Positions 37,071 through 49,595 of a stretch of 53,030 nt of DNA are shown here, one piece after another. Position numbers and translations under genes: made by a program. Location of the stretch: NCBI RefSeq assembly GCF_006345805.1, contig NW_021831688.1, positions 1 through 53,030 of the forward strand, read 5' to 3'. Position 1 is the first letter of the stretch, and each line of letters starts with the position of its first letter. The DNA comes from Octopus sinensis (lineage: Eukaryota). Below the pieces are notes generated by a model that worked only from the letters and a program-made list of their open reading frames with translations, had not been told where the DNA came from and searched no databases.

Positions 37071-37740
37071 ATGTAGTGTAAGTAATACACAAATTAACAG
37101 TGTAGGCAAAGATTTCGAGAAAATATGATCTTGCGTCAGACTTGATAAGAAATGAAACAACAGAATGATGTCTCATTCTATCCTGTGGAGAGGGATCCAG
37201 TTTCTTGTATAACTTCCATCTGCTACATTTTAAAACGTTTCTGGGTTGTATTTCAGGGTTGCTTTGACCTAGATAAAAAACCAGCAGATGACGGTGAATT
37301 TATATTGACATCTAGTTCACCTCATCTGGCCCTGCTCTCTTTAACATCTTGCGAAGGCACTCGAGAAAAGAAATATATCTCATAACATTTAAACGATTCT
37401 TGGATGAATATTTCCAGCAAATTCCAGATAAACGACCTACGGCTATATCTCTGCAAACAATAGCTTTTCACTCGAATGGGCTATGGTACCCAAAATGTGA
37501 CTGAATTATGAAACATCATTGCATGTGTTTCCCAGATTGTGTTGTTAAGTTAGTCATGGTGGCCTGGGCCAATTCTGGCCGAAACCAATCTAAGCACTTA
37601 AGTATCTTACAAGGACTAGAGATGATTTTTGGCGAGTAACTAGCGTTCAATAATCTCTGTAAATAATCACGAAATATGTTACTGCAATTTTAACTAGTTT
37701 TAAATAAGGGGTCATTTTATCTCAGATTTAGGACTCAGTC

Positions 37741-38052
37741 TCTTACGACGACAAGGGTTCCTGTTGATCCAATCGACGGAACAGCCTGCTCATGAAATTA
37801 ATGTGCAAGTGGCTGAGCACTCCACAAACACGTGTACCCATAACGTAGTTCTCTGAGAGATGCAACGTGACACAGAGTGTGACAAGGCTGGTCCTTTGAA
37901 ATACAGGTACCACTCATTTTTGCCAGCTGAGTGGAATGGAGCAACGTGAAATAAAGTGTCTTGCTCAAGGACACAACGCGTCGCCGGGAATTGAACTCAC
38001 GACTTAATAATTGTACGCCGAAAACTCTAACCAAAAAGCCACGCGCCTTCAC
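37741..38052 (-). mobile_element. tRNA-derived SINE (head H2 + tail T2)
   Basis: Antisense head ...gtcgtgagttcaattccc..ttgagcaagacacttt joined to tacctgtatttcaaagg...cgtcgtaag. Confidence 0.85.
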
Positions 38053-38254
38053 TTATTTCAGATTTAAAGGTGGGTTAACCAATGTTGGGCAGTCTGCAAA
38101 AAAAAAAAAAAAACGACTAAAGGAAGAAAAAGGAAATATTTCAAGCTTCCCCTATCAAGCTACTAAGATCTGACAACGTTTACTACTTAGGTTTTGATGA
38201 ACTTAAATAAATGTGATTTTAAAAAATTGAGTATTAATGTATAAGAAACTGAGG

Positions 38255-38630
38255 GAACGAGCTGGCAGAATCGTTAGCACGCCGGGCGAAATGCTTAGCA
38301 GTATTTTGTCTGCCGCTACGTTCAGAGTTCCAATTCCGCCGAGGTCGACTTTGCCTTTCATCCTTTCGAGGTCGATAAATTAAGTACCAGTTACGCACTG
38401 GGTTCGATGTAATCGACTTCATCCGTTTGTCTCTCCTTGTTTGTCCCCTCTATGTTTAGCCCCTTGTGGGCAGTAAAGAAATGGGAATTTCGTCTGTCTC
38501 TACGTTCAGAGTTCAAATTCCGTCGAGGTCGACTTTGCCTTTCATCCTTACGGGGTCAATAAATTAAGTACCAGTTGCATAATGGGGTCGATGTAATCGA
38601 CTGGCCTCCTCCTCCAAGATTTAGGGCCTT
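38255..38630 (+). mobile_element. Family A SINE dimer
   Basis: Head plus two cores. Similar dimers at 41045-41430 and 45385-45780; antisense copies at 46015-46505. Confidence 0.85.
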
Positions 38631-38918
38631 GTGAAAAGATACAAAACATACAGATTAATCACAAACCGGTTTCGTTGCTACCACTTACGTAATCACTTAC
38701 GTAGGTGTCCGCAACTCGTCAGTGTGATCGTCATAGCAAAATATAATTTGCAGAACTGTACACGAGACGTCCGCATGAGATTCAACATACCCCCCCCCCC
38801 CCACAACACCACACATATATATATATATAATATATGCGCAGAGGTTTGAAAAGTTAGGATTTATAAACCGTTAGATCTGTGGATCTAGCAGTCTGTGCGT
38901 CAGGATTATGAAGGCTGT

Positions 38919-38971
38919 CCCACTGAAGAAATATTTTTGGGCTGGAAATAGTTAGAAACCGTCGGTCTGGG
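38919..38971 (+). ncRNA. Type I hammerhead-like motif in a short (TA)n-terminated element
   Basis: CCCA-CTGAAGA-[AATATTTT..GAAATAGTTA]-GAAA-CCG-T-CGG-TC-TGGG: stem I CCCA/TGGG, stem III ACCG/CGGT, GUC triplet. The G10.1-C11.1 pair is absent. Confidence 0.55.
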
Positions 38972-40025
38972 TTATAGTTGAGATGGTAAATGTTTTTAAT
39001 TTTCATTCCTTTCGTGAATTTATCCCTTTTTGTGTTCTAGCACAACGCTTTCCTATTTGGAAGCCTCTTATTGTATATATATATATATGCGCATGTGTGT
39101 GTGGGGGTGTATAAGAAAATATTTAGCAATTAATATCCAAGCAGATATTCAATAATTAATGCGTATCAAAATTACCAATGGCTATCCCCACTGCTAACCG
39201 TTGTCTTCTACACCCACAACTTAAACTGTACTAATTTCACCCCATAAACCACAAGCAAACATCAATATAAGGAGAACCCTAACGGGCACAGTCTTGACTT
39301 TTTTCCTAATATAATTAACTCACATAAATATTATTTTAAATCATTGCTTTAAGATGGGATGTTGACAGGGAGAGAATTTTAGAGGAACATAGTCCTCGAA
39401 GGGATCAGTTTTAAACGAGTTAAAGGAGCAAAAAGAGACGAAAAAAAGGGAGAAAAAAAAAGGGAATAATATCCTGCATACATTTCCTGGACAGAACACT
39501 GGTTTCTTATTGGTAATCTCAGCTTAACTTAGGATTAATGTAGACATGAAAGCAAAGGTAGGGAGCAATATGTTATATTAGTTGCAGAAGGGTTGACTAA
39601 CGCGTCAAAGTGCGTCGTAATCAATTTGACAGTGCTTCCTTTTAACCTTCAGCAATGAGAAATTTAGAACGAATAAAATGGAAACAGATGTTGTGTTTAC
39701 CTGGGGAGATTGTGAAATGCGGGGGCCCTTCCTCCTTCTGCTTCTACAGCACACACACAAACACACACACACCACACACACAACACAAACACACACACAC
39801 ACACATATACATACATACATACATACACACACACATACATACATACATACATACATACATACACACAAACAGACATACATGCATAGACACACATACACAC
39901 ATATGCTACAGAAGAATTATGCAGTCTCTTAAATTATCAAATTCTCATTGCCCCTTCCTTCTCCTCTTCTTCCTCCGCACCATCGTTACGTTCACCGTCA
40001 CCAACTCTATTCTGAAATCTAGTAC

Positions 40026-40067
<42 letters not shown>

Positions 40068-40127
40068 TGTATGTATGTATACATAAGCGTGTGTATACAC
40101 ACATACGCACACACATATATACATATG

Positions 40128-40160
<33 letters not shown>

Positions 40161-40314
40161 TTTTTATATGACTTTAAATACATACACACACACATGAAGA
40201 ATGAAATATATATTGTATATATATATATATATATATATATTAGTATATTATGTACAATATATATATATATATATCTTTATATATATCTATACATATATAT
40301 ATATGTGTGTGTGT

Positions 40315-40351
<37 letters not shown>

Positions 40352-40940
40352 TTGTACATATATATGTATATTGGTATAGACGTATAAATATGTACACTTA
40401 CATATTTCTGCACGCACACACACACACGCACGCATGCACATATGCACACGTACGCACACACACGCACACACACATACACATATGTATTATAAGATGTAAA
40501 GGGGATTAATAGATCCAGGCGGATGTCTATAGATCACTCAGTGTTAAATGAATTTGGTTAACTATATCAAACACTCAGATACCAATAAATCCAGAAGACA
40601 ACAGAGCAGAACGATAAACGCCGCCAGCACCAAACCACGATACCAACATTAACCATTATCCTCAATGTCAATCCCACCACCACCACCACCACCACCACAC
40701 CACACCCCAACCATTACTACCATTACCATCACCAACAACTTCATCACCATCGTGACTTATGAATTAGCCATTGCAACTATCGTGTAAGAACGGAGATTTG
40801 ATATTTGAACTCAGTTGGAGCTTTACGTCTTTAACGGTGATTGTCAGTCTTCCATTTTACGCGATTTTCTGTATGTCTGTTTATCTATCTATCTGTCTAT
40901 CTGTCTGTCTATATGTCTGTCTATCTATATGTCTGTCTGC

Positions 40941-41023
<83 letters not shown>

Positions 41024-41637
41024 CATATATATATACACATACAGTAAGGCGACAAGCTGGCAGAAACGTTAGCACGCCGGGCGAAATGCGTAGCCGTATT
41101 TCTTCTGCCGTTACGTTCTGAGTTCAAATTCCGCCGAGGTTGTCTTTGCCTTTCATCCTTTCGGGGTCGATTAAATAAGTACCAGTTACGCACTGGGGTC
41201 GATATAATTGACTTAATCCGTTTGTCTGTCCTTGTTTGTCCTCTCTGTGTTTAGCTCCTTGTGGGTAGTAAAGAGATTGGTATTTCGTCTGCTGCTACGT
41301 TCTGAGTTCAAATTTCTTTCATCCTTTCGTGGGGTCAATAAATTAAATACCAGTTACGTAGTGGGGGTCGATCTAAGCGACTGACCTCCTTCCCCAAAAT
41401 TGAGGGGTTTATGCCTAGAGTAGAAAAGATCATAATATATATATATATATATATATATAGAGGAAGGCGGCGACTTGGCATAGTCGTTAGCATGCCAGAC
41501 GAAATGCATAGCAGTCATTTCGTCTGCCGTTACGTTCTAAGTTCAAATTCCGCCGAGGTCGATTTTGCCTTTCATACTTTCGGGGTCAAGAAATTAAGTA
41601 TATGATTTACTCTCAGCTGACTTTTGGCCAACCCTGT

Positions 41638-41682
<45 letters not shown>

Positions 41683-42040
41683 ATATATATATATAATATA
41701 TATAGGGGACACCCTTCGGTCACGAATGACTATGGGTTTGCACCTAGATAGTTACCCTCCGAGGCACAAGTCCGGGCAACGTTGTTTGTAGAAGGCCAGT
41801 TGTCGCCCATGCATACAAGCCTCCCCTCTCCACGCCACCGATGTTATCCAAGGTACCTGTGACGCCGCAACACATTTCTACGGCTGAGTAAACTGGAGCA
41901 ACGTGAAATAAAGTGCCTTGCTCAAGAACACCACACGCAGCCCGGTCGGGGATTCGAACTCACAACCTCACGGTCCTAAGTTCGATGCTTTAACCACTGA
42001 GCCATGCGCCTTCCCACACACACACACACACACAACACAC

Positions 42041-42084
<44 letters not shown>

Positions 42085-42171
42085 ATATATATATATAGAT
42101 TATATATAGTAACAGAAAGGGAAGAATTTAACTATCCCCACATGGTGAACTGTAATATATAAGAAATTAAA

Positions 42172-42783
42172 GAAGGAAAATGCGCGCAATTTACATAGTT
42201 TTAATATATTTTATATTGTGTTTGTCAGTTTTTTCTTATATAATAGTGAAATGGATAGCGATATTTTTTCAGTGACATTTCATATAAGGTGAATTTAAAA
42301 TAACCCATTATTAAGTTCGCAAGAGCAGGGGCTGTATTAGTTCCCATCGCAATCCCGAATTTTTGACGAAAGTAAGTGTCATCAGATAGGCAATTATTGT
42401 TCTGAAGTATAAATTTTAAAGATTCAATAATAAAGAACAGATTTATGCGTTCCGGAAGAACTTCGGGATACTTTTCCAACCAGAATTTGATTGCTTTTAT
42501 TCCATTGTCATGTGGGATGTTGGTGTAAAGATTGATGGCATCTAAGGAAACCAATAATCAGGTCTTTATCATTGAATCTTTAAAATCTATTCTTCAGAAC
42601 AATTGTTTCCTATTTGATTATACCTACTATTGTCAAAATGTGGAATTGCGATGGGAACGAAAGCAGCCCCTGTTCTCGCTAATCTAATAATGGGTTATTT
42701 TGAATTCGCCATTATATAAAAGAAAACTGCCAAACACAATATTAAAAAATATATTAAAACTATGTAAAATGTGCATTTCCTTC
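42172..42783. mobile_element. Penelope-like RT fragment present as a diverged inverted duplication
   Basis: Minus ORF 42225-42554 VSLDAINLYTNIPHD.GI...FRQKFGIAMGT..APALANLIMGY, and a plus copy at about 42563-42783 QKCGIAMGTKAAPVLANLIMGYFEF. Confidence 0.85.
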
Positions 42784-42828
42784 ACACACACACACACACG
42801 CTGCAATTGTATATATATTATATATATA

Positions 42829-42867
<39 letters not shown>

Positions 42868-42951
42868 TATATATATATATATGCCTGTTGTCTATCAATC
42901 TATCTATCTATATATCTATCTACCTATCTATCTATCTATCTATCTGGTCAG

Positions 42952-42988
<37 letters not shown>

Positions 42989-43304
42989 GTCTGTCTGTCT
43001 GTCTGTCTGTCTATTACCTATTCGCATCCGTCCGTCCATCGTTTCCGCCTTCCGCTCTATCAGACTATCTACCAAGTTAGCTCAATAATCTAATACATTA
43101 CACTTGTATATGTAACACGAACATTGTTTATTTATTATTCCCTGAATGGGTGCGGGGTTCTTTTCCCACCAGGACGTAACTAACTTTTTTCACATTACAA
43201 ATTTACGTTTATTTATATCAGTTAATGCATAAGTACGATGGCACGCTTGGAGTATATATATATATTTTTTGCTACTGTGTGTGTGTGTGTGTATGTGTGT
43301 GAGT

Positions 43305-43350
<46 letters not shown>

Positions 43351-43480
43351 GAGAATGACTAATCCTTTATATATTTCTTTACATTAGCAAAACAGGAAAG
43401 GTGTTATCATTTATCTTTTACTGGTTTCAATCATTGGAGTGCAGCCATCCTGGGGCACACCTTAGAGGTTTTAGATTTAC

Positions 43481-43878
43481 CTTACTCTTTTACTTGTTTC
43501 AGTCATGTGAATGTGGCCATGCTGGAGCATCGCTTTTAGTCGAGCAAATCGACCCCAGGTCTTACTCTTTGTAAGCCTAGTACTTATTCTATCGGTCTCT
43601 TTTGCCAAACCGCTAATTTACAGGGACGTAAACACACCAGCATCGGTTGTCAAGCAATGTTGGGGGGACAAACACAGACACACAAACACACACACACACA
43701 CACACATATGCATATACATATATACGACGGGCTTCTTTCAGTTTCCATCTACTAAATCCACTCACAAGGCTTTGGTCGGCCCGAGGCTATAGTAGAAGAC
43801 ACTTGCCCAAGGTACCACGCAGTGGGACTGAACCCAGAACAATGTGGTTGGTAAGCAAGATACTTACCACACAGCCAC
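43481..43878 (-). mobile_element. Family B SINE, full length
   Basis: Antisense head tacttaccacacagccac at 43861-43878; tail cttactcttttacttgtttcagtc at 43481. Confidence 0.9.
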
Positions 43879-44336
43879 ATTTCTCTTGCTCGCCAATCCG
43901 CTCTCGAAATTGCTGGCCTTGTGCCAAAATTTGAAATCAATTTGTAAAGAAACTTTCAAAGCTGCGAACTGGCAAAATGCTTAGCGGCATCTCAACCGTT
44001 TTAACGTTCTGAGTTCAAATCCCACCGACTTTGACTGTACCTTTCAACCTTAATTTATATCGAAATACTAAGTACCAGTTGTGCACTGGGGTTGTTGTAA
44101 TTGATTTCTCTCCTCTAACGAACTTACTGGCCTTGTGCCAAAATTTTAAAAGCAATATGGAAAGAAACTTTGCGTCTTTACATCCGTTTCGTTAATCTAA
44201 ATCTTTCGATCTGTTAATCTATATGTGTCTTCAGGATTGTGAATACAAGCATCGATGCCAAAATGGTAAAGGAACAAACAACATTTCTTCTCTGTTACTT
44301 GCATCTCTTTGACACTTAAATCCTTTATATTTTCAG

Positions 44337-44507
44337 ATGATCCCGATTCGGTGCCAGTAGTTTTCAAACCTCCACCATTATCATCAGATTTTATATCACC
44401 AAGCTGTTGGAATTTCACTCATGGTAACCGAAACACAATGGAGTTTTACAGTCCCAACTATCCTGGTAACTACTCGGCTGGTGCCGACTGCATTCAATAC
44501 TTAGAAG
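44337..44507 (+). CDS. Neto: Internal coding exon, N-terminal part of a CUB domain; probable Neto (neuropilin- and tolloid-like)/SOL-2 auxiliary subunit
   Basis: Pyrimidine-rich acceptor ...atattttcag|ATGATCCC (AG 44335-44336) and donor GAAG|gtaggc (GT 44508-44509). The exon is 171 nt, phase 1-1. It translates to (D)DPDSVPVVFKPPPLSSDFISPSCWNFTHGNRNTMEFYSPNYPGNYSAGADCIQYLE, with the CUB motif C...F.SPNYP..Y.....C...L.A and sequons NFT and NYS. The C-x-x-F-x-x-G-x5-E-x-YSP-x-YP layout and the phase-1 break after the second Cys recall Neto CUB1. CUB identity is secure; orthology is inferred. Confidence 0.8.
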
Positions 44508-44678
44508 GTAGGCTATCTTTTGCCTTTTCTATTCTCACTACATCACACTACATCATCATGATGCTCTAAGCACGTGGTGCCACAAGTACCACGTGCTTAG
44601 GGCATCAAGGGAATGTGGGGCACCACAGAAGTGGTAAATAGTTTACGACACAAAAGAAATCACTTTAAAATTGCTATA

Positions 44679-45095
44679 GGTGCAGGAGTGGCTGTGTGGT
44701 AAGTAGCATGCTTACCGACCACATGGTTCCGGGTTCAGTCACACTGCGTGGCACCTTGGGCAAGTGTCTTCTACTATAGCCTCGGGCCGACCAAATCTTT
44801 GTGAGTGGATTTGGTAAATGGACACTGAAAGAAGCCCGTCGTATATATGTATATAAATATGTGTGTGTATATGTGTGTATGTGTTTGTGTGTCTATGTTT
44901 GTCTCCCCCCCCAACATCGCTTGACAACCGATGCTGGTGTGTTTACGTCCTCGTAACTTAGCGGTTCGGCAAAAGAGACCGATAAAATAAGTACTAGGCT
45001 TACAAAGAATACGTTCTGGGATCGATTTTCTCGACTAAAGGCGGTGCTCCAGCATGACCGCAGTCAAATGACTGAAACAAGTAAAAGATTAAAAG
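44679..45095 (+). mobile_element. Family B SINE, full length
   Basis: ggtgcaggagtggctgtgtggtaag ... cagtcaaatgactgaaacaagtaaaagattaaaag. Confidence 0.92.
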
Positions 45096-47447
45096 AGCAA
45101 AGTAATATTCGAAGTGGTCTATATGATCGGAAATATAATTTCGAAGGGTTCAAGGTGTCATAGTAAGAATCTGATTAAACTTTTGTTATCTAAAATAAAA
45201 TACAAAGAAAAAACAAAAGCTGGAGAAAATTAGAAATATAAATAAAGTAGGAGTACACAAAAATAAACGTTGTTTCCCATCTTATTGTTAGTTTTGTTTC
45301 ATTATTAAAAATTTGAATTTATTTTTTGGTTTATTAATTGTTGATATTTCGAATTACATATGTGAGGCAGAATGAGGGCATCCAAAGGCGGCGAGTAGGC
45401 AGAATCGTTAGCACACCGGGCGAAATGCGTAGCCGTATTTCGTCTGCCGTTACGTTCTGAGTTCAAATTCTGCCGAGGTCGACTTTGCCTTTCATCCTTT
45501 CGGGGTCGATAAATAAAGTAACAGTTACGCACTGGGATCAATGTAATCGACTTAATCCCTATGTCTGTCCTTGTTTGTCACCTCTATGTTTAGCCCCTTG
45601 TGGGCAATAAAGGAATAGGTATTTCGTCTGCCTTTACGTTCTGAGTTCAAATTCTGCCGAGGTCGACTTTGCCTTTCATCCATTCGGGGTCGATAAAATA
45701 AGTACCAGTTGAACCCTGGGGTCGCTGTAACCGACTAGCTCAATTCTCCGAAATTGTGGCCTAGCGCCAAAATTTTAAAGCAATATGAACAATGGCCAAG
45801 AAACAGAACTGAAGTTCCTTTATATAAACACAAGTAGTCTCTCGTGTATATTTAAATTAACGAAGTCTAAGTGCTTTCGTTGATATTCTAAGAGGTTATT
45901 TCCAATTTATAGAGAATTTTACAGAAACAATGTTGTTTTGATTCCACTTTTCACTCTACCACTGCAAACAGTGAATTAAGAGCCATATCACTCTAAAAAT
46001 TTGGTTCCCTCATTCTTATTTCTTTATTGCCCACAAGGGGTTAAACAAAGAGGAGACAAACAAGGACAGACAAACGGATTAAGTCGATTACATCGACCCC
46101 AGTGCGTAACTGGTACTTAATTTATCGAAACCGAAAGGATGAAAGGCAAAGTCGATCTCGGCGGAATTTGAACTCAACGTACCGGCAGACGAAATACCGC
46201 TAAGCATTTCGCCCGGCGTGCTAACGTTTCTGCCAGCTCGCCACCACATGCTAACGATTCTGTCTGATTGCCGCCTTCGTTAGGACTAATACTGATTTCA
46301 AATTACGACACAAGGTCAGCAATTTCGTGGAAAGAGGTAAGTCGCTTACATCGAACCCAGTGTTCAACTGGTACTTATTTTATCGACTGCGGTAAGGGTG
46401 AAAGGCAAAGTCAACTTCGGCGGAATTTGAACTCAAGACGTAAAGACGAGCAAAATGCTTACCATTTTGCCCGGCGTGCTAACAATTCTACCGGCTCGCT
46501 GCCTTTATTAATTCAAATATATTACCAGGAGGTTACTTTTGTTTATATGAACGAACTGTAATTCTGTGTTGGCCACAGTTCATATTAGCTGTTATTGTTG
46601 TTACGTAGTGCTGCGCTGATGAATTGGCGGGATCGATAACGCGTCAAACAAAATGCTAAGCGACGTTTCCGTTAGTTCTGAGTTCAAATACCGTTGAGGT
46701 TAACTTTGCTTTTTATCCTTTTGTCATCGATGAAAATAAAGAACCAGCCAGGTATTGGGGCTGATATAATCTACTATGCCTCTCTCGCTAAAATCGCTAG
46801 ACTTGTGCCAAAATTAGAAAGATTTATTGCTGCTTAGATCTCTCTCTCTTTCTCTTTCTCTCCCTCTCTTTCTGTGTATGTGTGTGTAATTTGTGGTTCT
46901 ATTATCAGTGAGATCAACAAAAATTTACACCATCCAGTGAGAGATAAATATCATTTACTATTAGATAGTATCACGTATAATATTAAATGATATGTGTGTG
47001 TACACGTACATCGTTTACATTCATTTTGCGCAATCGACATTTTCTATAACCACGTGAAGGTCTACTAGCGCCACCTTTATCTCCCTTGTTGATCAGGTAT
47101 TTGGTTGCTGTCACCTGTTCCTAGATAGCGTAAGCCTAGTTTTCTAGGTGAGATGAATGCATTTATCGCAAGTCCAGGAGAGGTTGCTATTCCTGTCAAA
47201 GTTATTGGTATTCTCTTGCTTACAGAATATGTATTCATGCATAACTTTCGGCTGATATAATGAATACTTCACCCGCAACTTTCTATTTAAGTAGGTTAGT
47301 TAAACTATAGTTAGCTTACATGGAACAGCTGTACATTCATGGAGCCTGTTCAGAAATTCTTCCCCTGATCTTGTGAATTTGTTATTTTTGCTATCGAGTA
47401 TGCCTAAGATGTACTCAGTTGTTTCTCTATAATTCAGTAGTGAAATG

Positions 47448-47981
47448 GCACTCCGTCGGTTACGACGAAGAAGGCTCCAGTTGATCCGATGAATCGAACA
47501 GCCTGCTCGTGAGCCGTTCAAGAATTTGGACCTGGAGATCTCCATTTCCAGCGATTTCGAGTGCCACCTCCCCGTGGTGTCGGGCGTCAACGAAGAGCCC
47601 CCGACTACAATAAGACGACCAAAGTTTTTGTTTTCCAAGGTCTGGGGTCTCCCGCCTCTAAGCCCTAGACCATCACTTAATCACCCTTACCCGTCTGGTT
47701 GCTTAACAACAACAACAACAACAACAACAGCCTGCTTGTGAAATGAACGTACAGGTGGCTGAGTGCTCCAGAGATACGCGTACCCATAACGTAGTTCTCA
47801 TGGAGATTCATCGGGACACAGAATGTGACAAAACTGGCCCTTTGAATTACTGGTACTACTCATTTTTGCCAGCTGAGTGGACTGGGACTGTGTGAAATAA
47901 AGTGCCTTGGTCAAGGACACAATGCGTCGCCGAGAATTGAACTCACGACCTTAGGATCGTAAACTGAATACTCTAACCACT
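47448..47981 (-). mobile_element. H2+T2 SINE interrupted by a nested retro-insertion
   Basis: Matches 37741-38052 on both sides of 47513-47725. Confidence 0.85.
47513..47725 (+). mobile_element. 5'-truncated retro-insertion with (AAC)n tail and 16-bp TSD
   Basis: TSD aacagcctgct(c/t)gtga at 47497-47512 and 47726-47741. Confidence 0.85.
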
Positions 47982-48561
47982 TCGTCCATCTTTATGTTCT
48001 AAGTTCAAATTCTGCCGAGGTTTGCTTTGCCTTTCATCCTTTCGGGGGTCGCTAAAATAAGTAACAGTTACGCTCTGGAATCGATGTAACCGATTTAGTA
48101 CCTTTCCCCGAAACTGCTGGCCTTGTGCCAAAATTTGAAACCAATATTTTTGATCATCAGTCTTTATTTCATTGAGAATTTTAAAACGGTTTTTTCTATG
48201 TCAATTCGAGCTAAACTGCTAAACCTATTTATCCCTGCGAATTTCTTCTATAATTATGAATTCTCCTTAGGTATGAAAAGGAGCGCTCCACTGTAGCGCT
48301 TGTTGCTGGTAGTTTTAATATTAATTCACAAAGCTTCGTTAACTGGGGCAAAGCTTCATCTAATCCACTATTATGCAGAATGTAAAGTATATCTTGAACG
48401 GTTTTTCCCTTTTAGTTCAGCATCTTTGTACAAGGCAGTAAGTTCGCTTCTTAACTTTTGGCTGTCGAAATGGTTTCTATTAGAATGTTTAAGGCAAGTT
48501 AGAGATGTTTCCTGGACGTCGTTATTTTGTCTCATTTGATGGAGAAGCGCTGAAAAATGTA

Positions 48562-49066
48562 CCGTAAATTCTCGAGTATAGTCCGCCCTTGAGTATAAAA
48601 CGCAGGGGATTTTTAGGGGGCTGTACTTCTGAAAAATCTAAACCTTGCGTATAATACACACCTCTTCTCTAACTTGAGTCAAGGAGGTCGATATAACATC
48701 TTGGTTTGTAAAAATGTATACGTCCTTTATTATTATTGTATATATAACATAATGCAAACGTGTAGCTTTTTTGTGCATTTTGTTTGCAGAAAATAAAGAA
48801 ATAACAGTAATAACATTTAATAAATGTTGCTAACTGCAAGTTATGGATGATTATTTTATGACTTGATTGCTTTCAGGCTTAGCTTAAGGTATTTTCGTGC
48901 CCGACATCACAAATGCGTTTGAATAAACATTGCCGGACAGCAAATAGAGTCTCGGACATTGCCTAGAAAATCATTTTCATTTTTAACCTCGTGTATAATA
49001 CGCACTAGGGATTTTGACCTTTAAATTTTGGGGAAAAAAATGCGGATTATACTCGAGGGTTTACGG
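48562..49066. mobile_element. Tc1/mariner-pogo-type MITE, copy 2 (complete)
   Basis: TA TSD (48560-48561, 49067-49068) and 25-bp imperfect TIRs ccgtaaattctcgagtatagtccgc / gcggattatactcgagggtttacgg; collinear with copy 1. Confidence 0.92.
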
Positions 49067-49595
49067 TAATTCATTTAAATTTTGAAATCCTATCTCAATT
49101 TGCTCGCCAATTAAATCTTTAATTTTGTAGAACAGCGGTCTGTTTCTTTACTCTTCTGTTTCAAACGCATCTTTTCTTTTCTTTTTTCGAGGATAAATGC
49201 CATCAACGTTTGCACAAAATTTAGAAAATTCATGCTTTTTTTTTCTTTCGAAACTTTCACATTTCCATTTACTTTACGAATACAGTAGGATACGTCAAAT
49301 AGTTTTTTTTTTCTGGAGGATGTCTAATGCTACATTTGTGTAAATAAAAATATCTCCAAACACATTTAACAAAAAACTGAATTCACAATTTTGTAAATTA
49401 GAATACAACGCCAGAGCAGAGGTATAGCTTTCCGTGTCCCATTTACTTGAATTTTCAATGATGCTTCGAAATATATCAGGAAGTTGCTCATGATATTAAC
49501 GAACTGTTTCTACCAACGAATAATTTAACTTCCAGCGAGTTGGCGCCACTTTTGGAAAACGCTTATTAATTTCAGTTTTCAGTATCTAATAGATG

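Noticed and set aside
37550-37595. ggcc...ggccGAAAC as another hammerhead
   Set aside because: The CUGANGA box and stems I/III are not recognisable.
44580-44618. H-type pseudoknot between loop CCACA and downstream TGTGG
   Set aside because: A 6-nt linker cannot span a 20-bp stem; only the alternative-helix interpretation is kept.
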